NCBI GenBank assembly: GCA_030390025.1
Contig: JASTWF010000341.1
Coordinates: 436,001 to 500,000, forward strand
DNA: 64,000 nt
Reading direction: 5' to 3'
Source of the DNA: Squalus acanthias
Taxonomy: Eukaryota
Position numbers and translations under genes: made by a program. The notes under the pieces were generated by a model that saw nothing but the letters and a program-made list of their open reading frames with translations, was not told where the DNA came from and searched no databases. Shown piece after piece: positions 62,764-64,000 of the stretch. Every line of letters begins with the position of its first letter. Positions within the stretch are counted from its first letter, which is position 1.

Positions 62764-64000
62764 TGGTCGAAGTATCAGAGCACAGATTCAGTTTTCAAAT
62801 GACTCCCACAACTTCTTGTAGCCACAACGCACCTCCCCTTTAAGAGGTGTAGGCTGCCTTTAACTAGCGCTAGCAACTTGTGATATCAGGCCCCCTGCTG
62901 ATGCGTGCAGCCAATGAACAGCGCGGCGGGTAGCACTGGCTGCACGCAGCAATCATGTAAAGCAGCAGGCATCACGAATTTACCATGCTGCCTGCAACAC
63001 AATGAACGGGCGCGATTTAATTGCGTACCGCGAGCTCCACGCCCATTTTCGGGGATTAGCCAATTTGTCCCCCATTAGATCTGTTCATTAAAAGTATGAT
63101 TCATTCCTTTTTCTTTCATAATTTGTGCACAATTTCTGGAGGTAGCTTTCTAAGTAAATGCACTCAGTTAAGTGCACCACAAGCAAAATATTTAAGATTC
63201 TTGTCATTCAGTTACTAGTCACTCTTCAGGTAGCAACTTGATAAATAAAATGGGATTGAGTGGCCAGGATTTACTCCTGCAGGTAATGACACCACTTTGG
63301 CTTGATGAAAGCACACTTCACCAAAACAATCTACTATTGGAAATGGCGTGTAGATTTTGCATTCAATATGGTGATCACGTTAGTATTATTTGAAATGCAG
63401 TCCTGAACAAGATTGAATCCTTGCGATTGCCCTATGACATTTTTTGTGAATTGTTTAGATTTCAATGTTCTTTTCTATATTTTATTTATGAAATGTTATC
63501 ACCTGACCAATGTTGACCAATTTTTTTTTGCACGGCTGGCTGTCAATCAATCAAGTCCACATACACAGTTACCGCTAGTGTTGCTTTTAGTTTTATAGTA
63601 ATGAGTGGTATCAATGTATGGTCTTGAAGATACGTCTTTCAAAATTTCAACCAGGAACAATACAGGGGGAAGACCGACCTATATTTAAAATACCAATCCT
63701 TCTCCTAGAATCAATTAATTTCTACTTCTGTTTTAGACTAAGTCAGAATTTTACTGCTATGCTGAGTTTGTAATCAGTAAATAATTCTGAAACTTAAATA
63801 CTTTTCTGTGACAGAAATGTTACTCTTTCTCACCTACAGGACATTTGTCATTTAACACAGTGGTGCATTTATAGAAGTTTCAGTGTAGAAAATGCAATGT
63901 ATTGCATCAACTAAATAATTAATCTAGTTCTATGTTACATTTCAAATTAGAATCCACTTTGGCTTTCCTTTTTCTAATAAAATCATGTTCTTCTAAAAAC

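Larger units (their letters stand above)
59154..63073. mobile_element. PIF/Harbinger element, subfamily B, full length but decayed
   Basis: TIRs GGGGAAGAAATTGG / CCAATTTGTCCCCC; flanks ATG/ATT; transposase on +, Myb/SANT on -. Confidence 0.9.

Overview
Eukaryotic (vertebrate) genomic DNA, most likely a cartilaginous fish (shark), inferred from the repeat content (Deu-domain tRNA SINE, abundant CR1/L2, Penelope-type tails). The window lies inside one + strand gene, RPGRIP1L. Ten internal coding exons (2485-57071) have GT-AG borders and compatible phases and encode the end of the coiled coil, both C2 domains and the linker with a PP1-docking RVxW motif. The introns are packed with transposons. 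There are six large PIF/Harbinger elements of two subfamilies, each with a HARBI1-like transposase or remnant facing a spliced Myb/SANT (NAIF1-like) gene, plus MITEs, CR1/L2/RTE LINEs, SINEs and a solo LTR, often nested. The most notable item is a Harbinger element at 31876-35158 with matching TIRs and a TAT TSD: its transposase core is deleted, yet its three-exon 502-aa Myb/SANT gene is fully intact. It is in sense orientation about 270 bp after a host exon and is phase-compatible for an in-frame fusion. Other notable items are a tRNA-SINE-head/LINE-body chimera inside one TSD, a Penelope-type palindrome with a degenerate hammerhead core, and an unexplained CpG-rich ORF-bearing segment at about 10.4-11.15 kb. 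All calls come from reading the sequence; no searches were run, and boundaries of old repeats are approximate.
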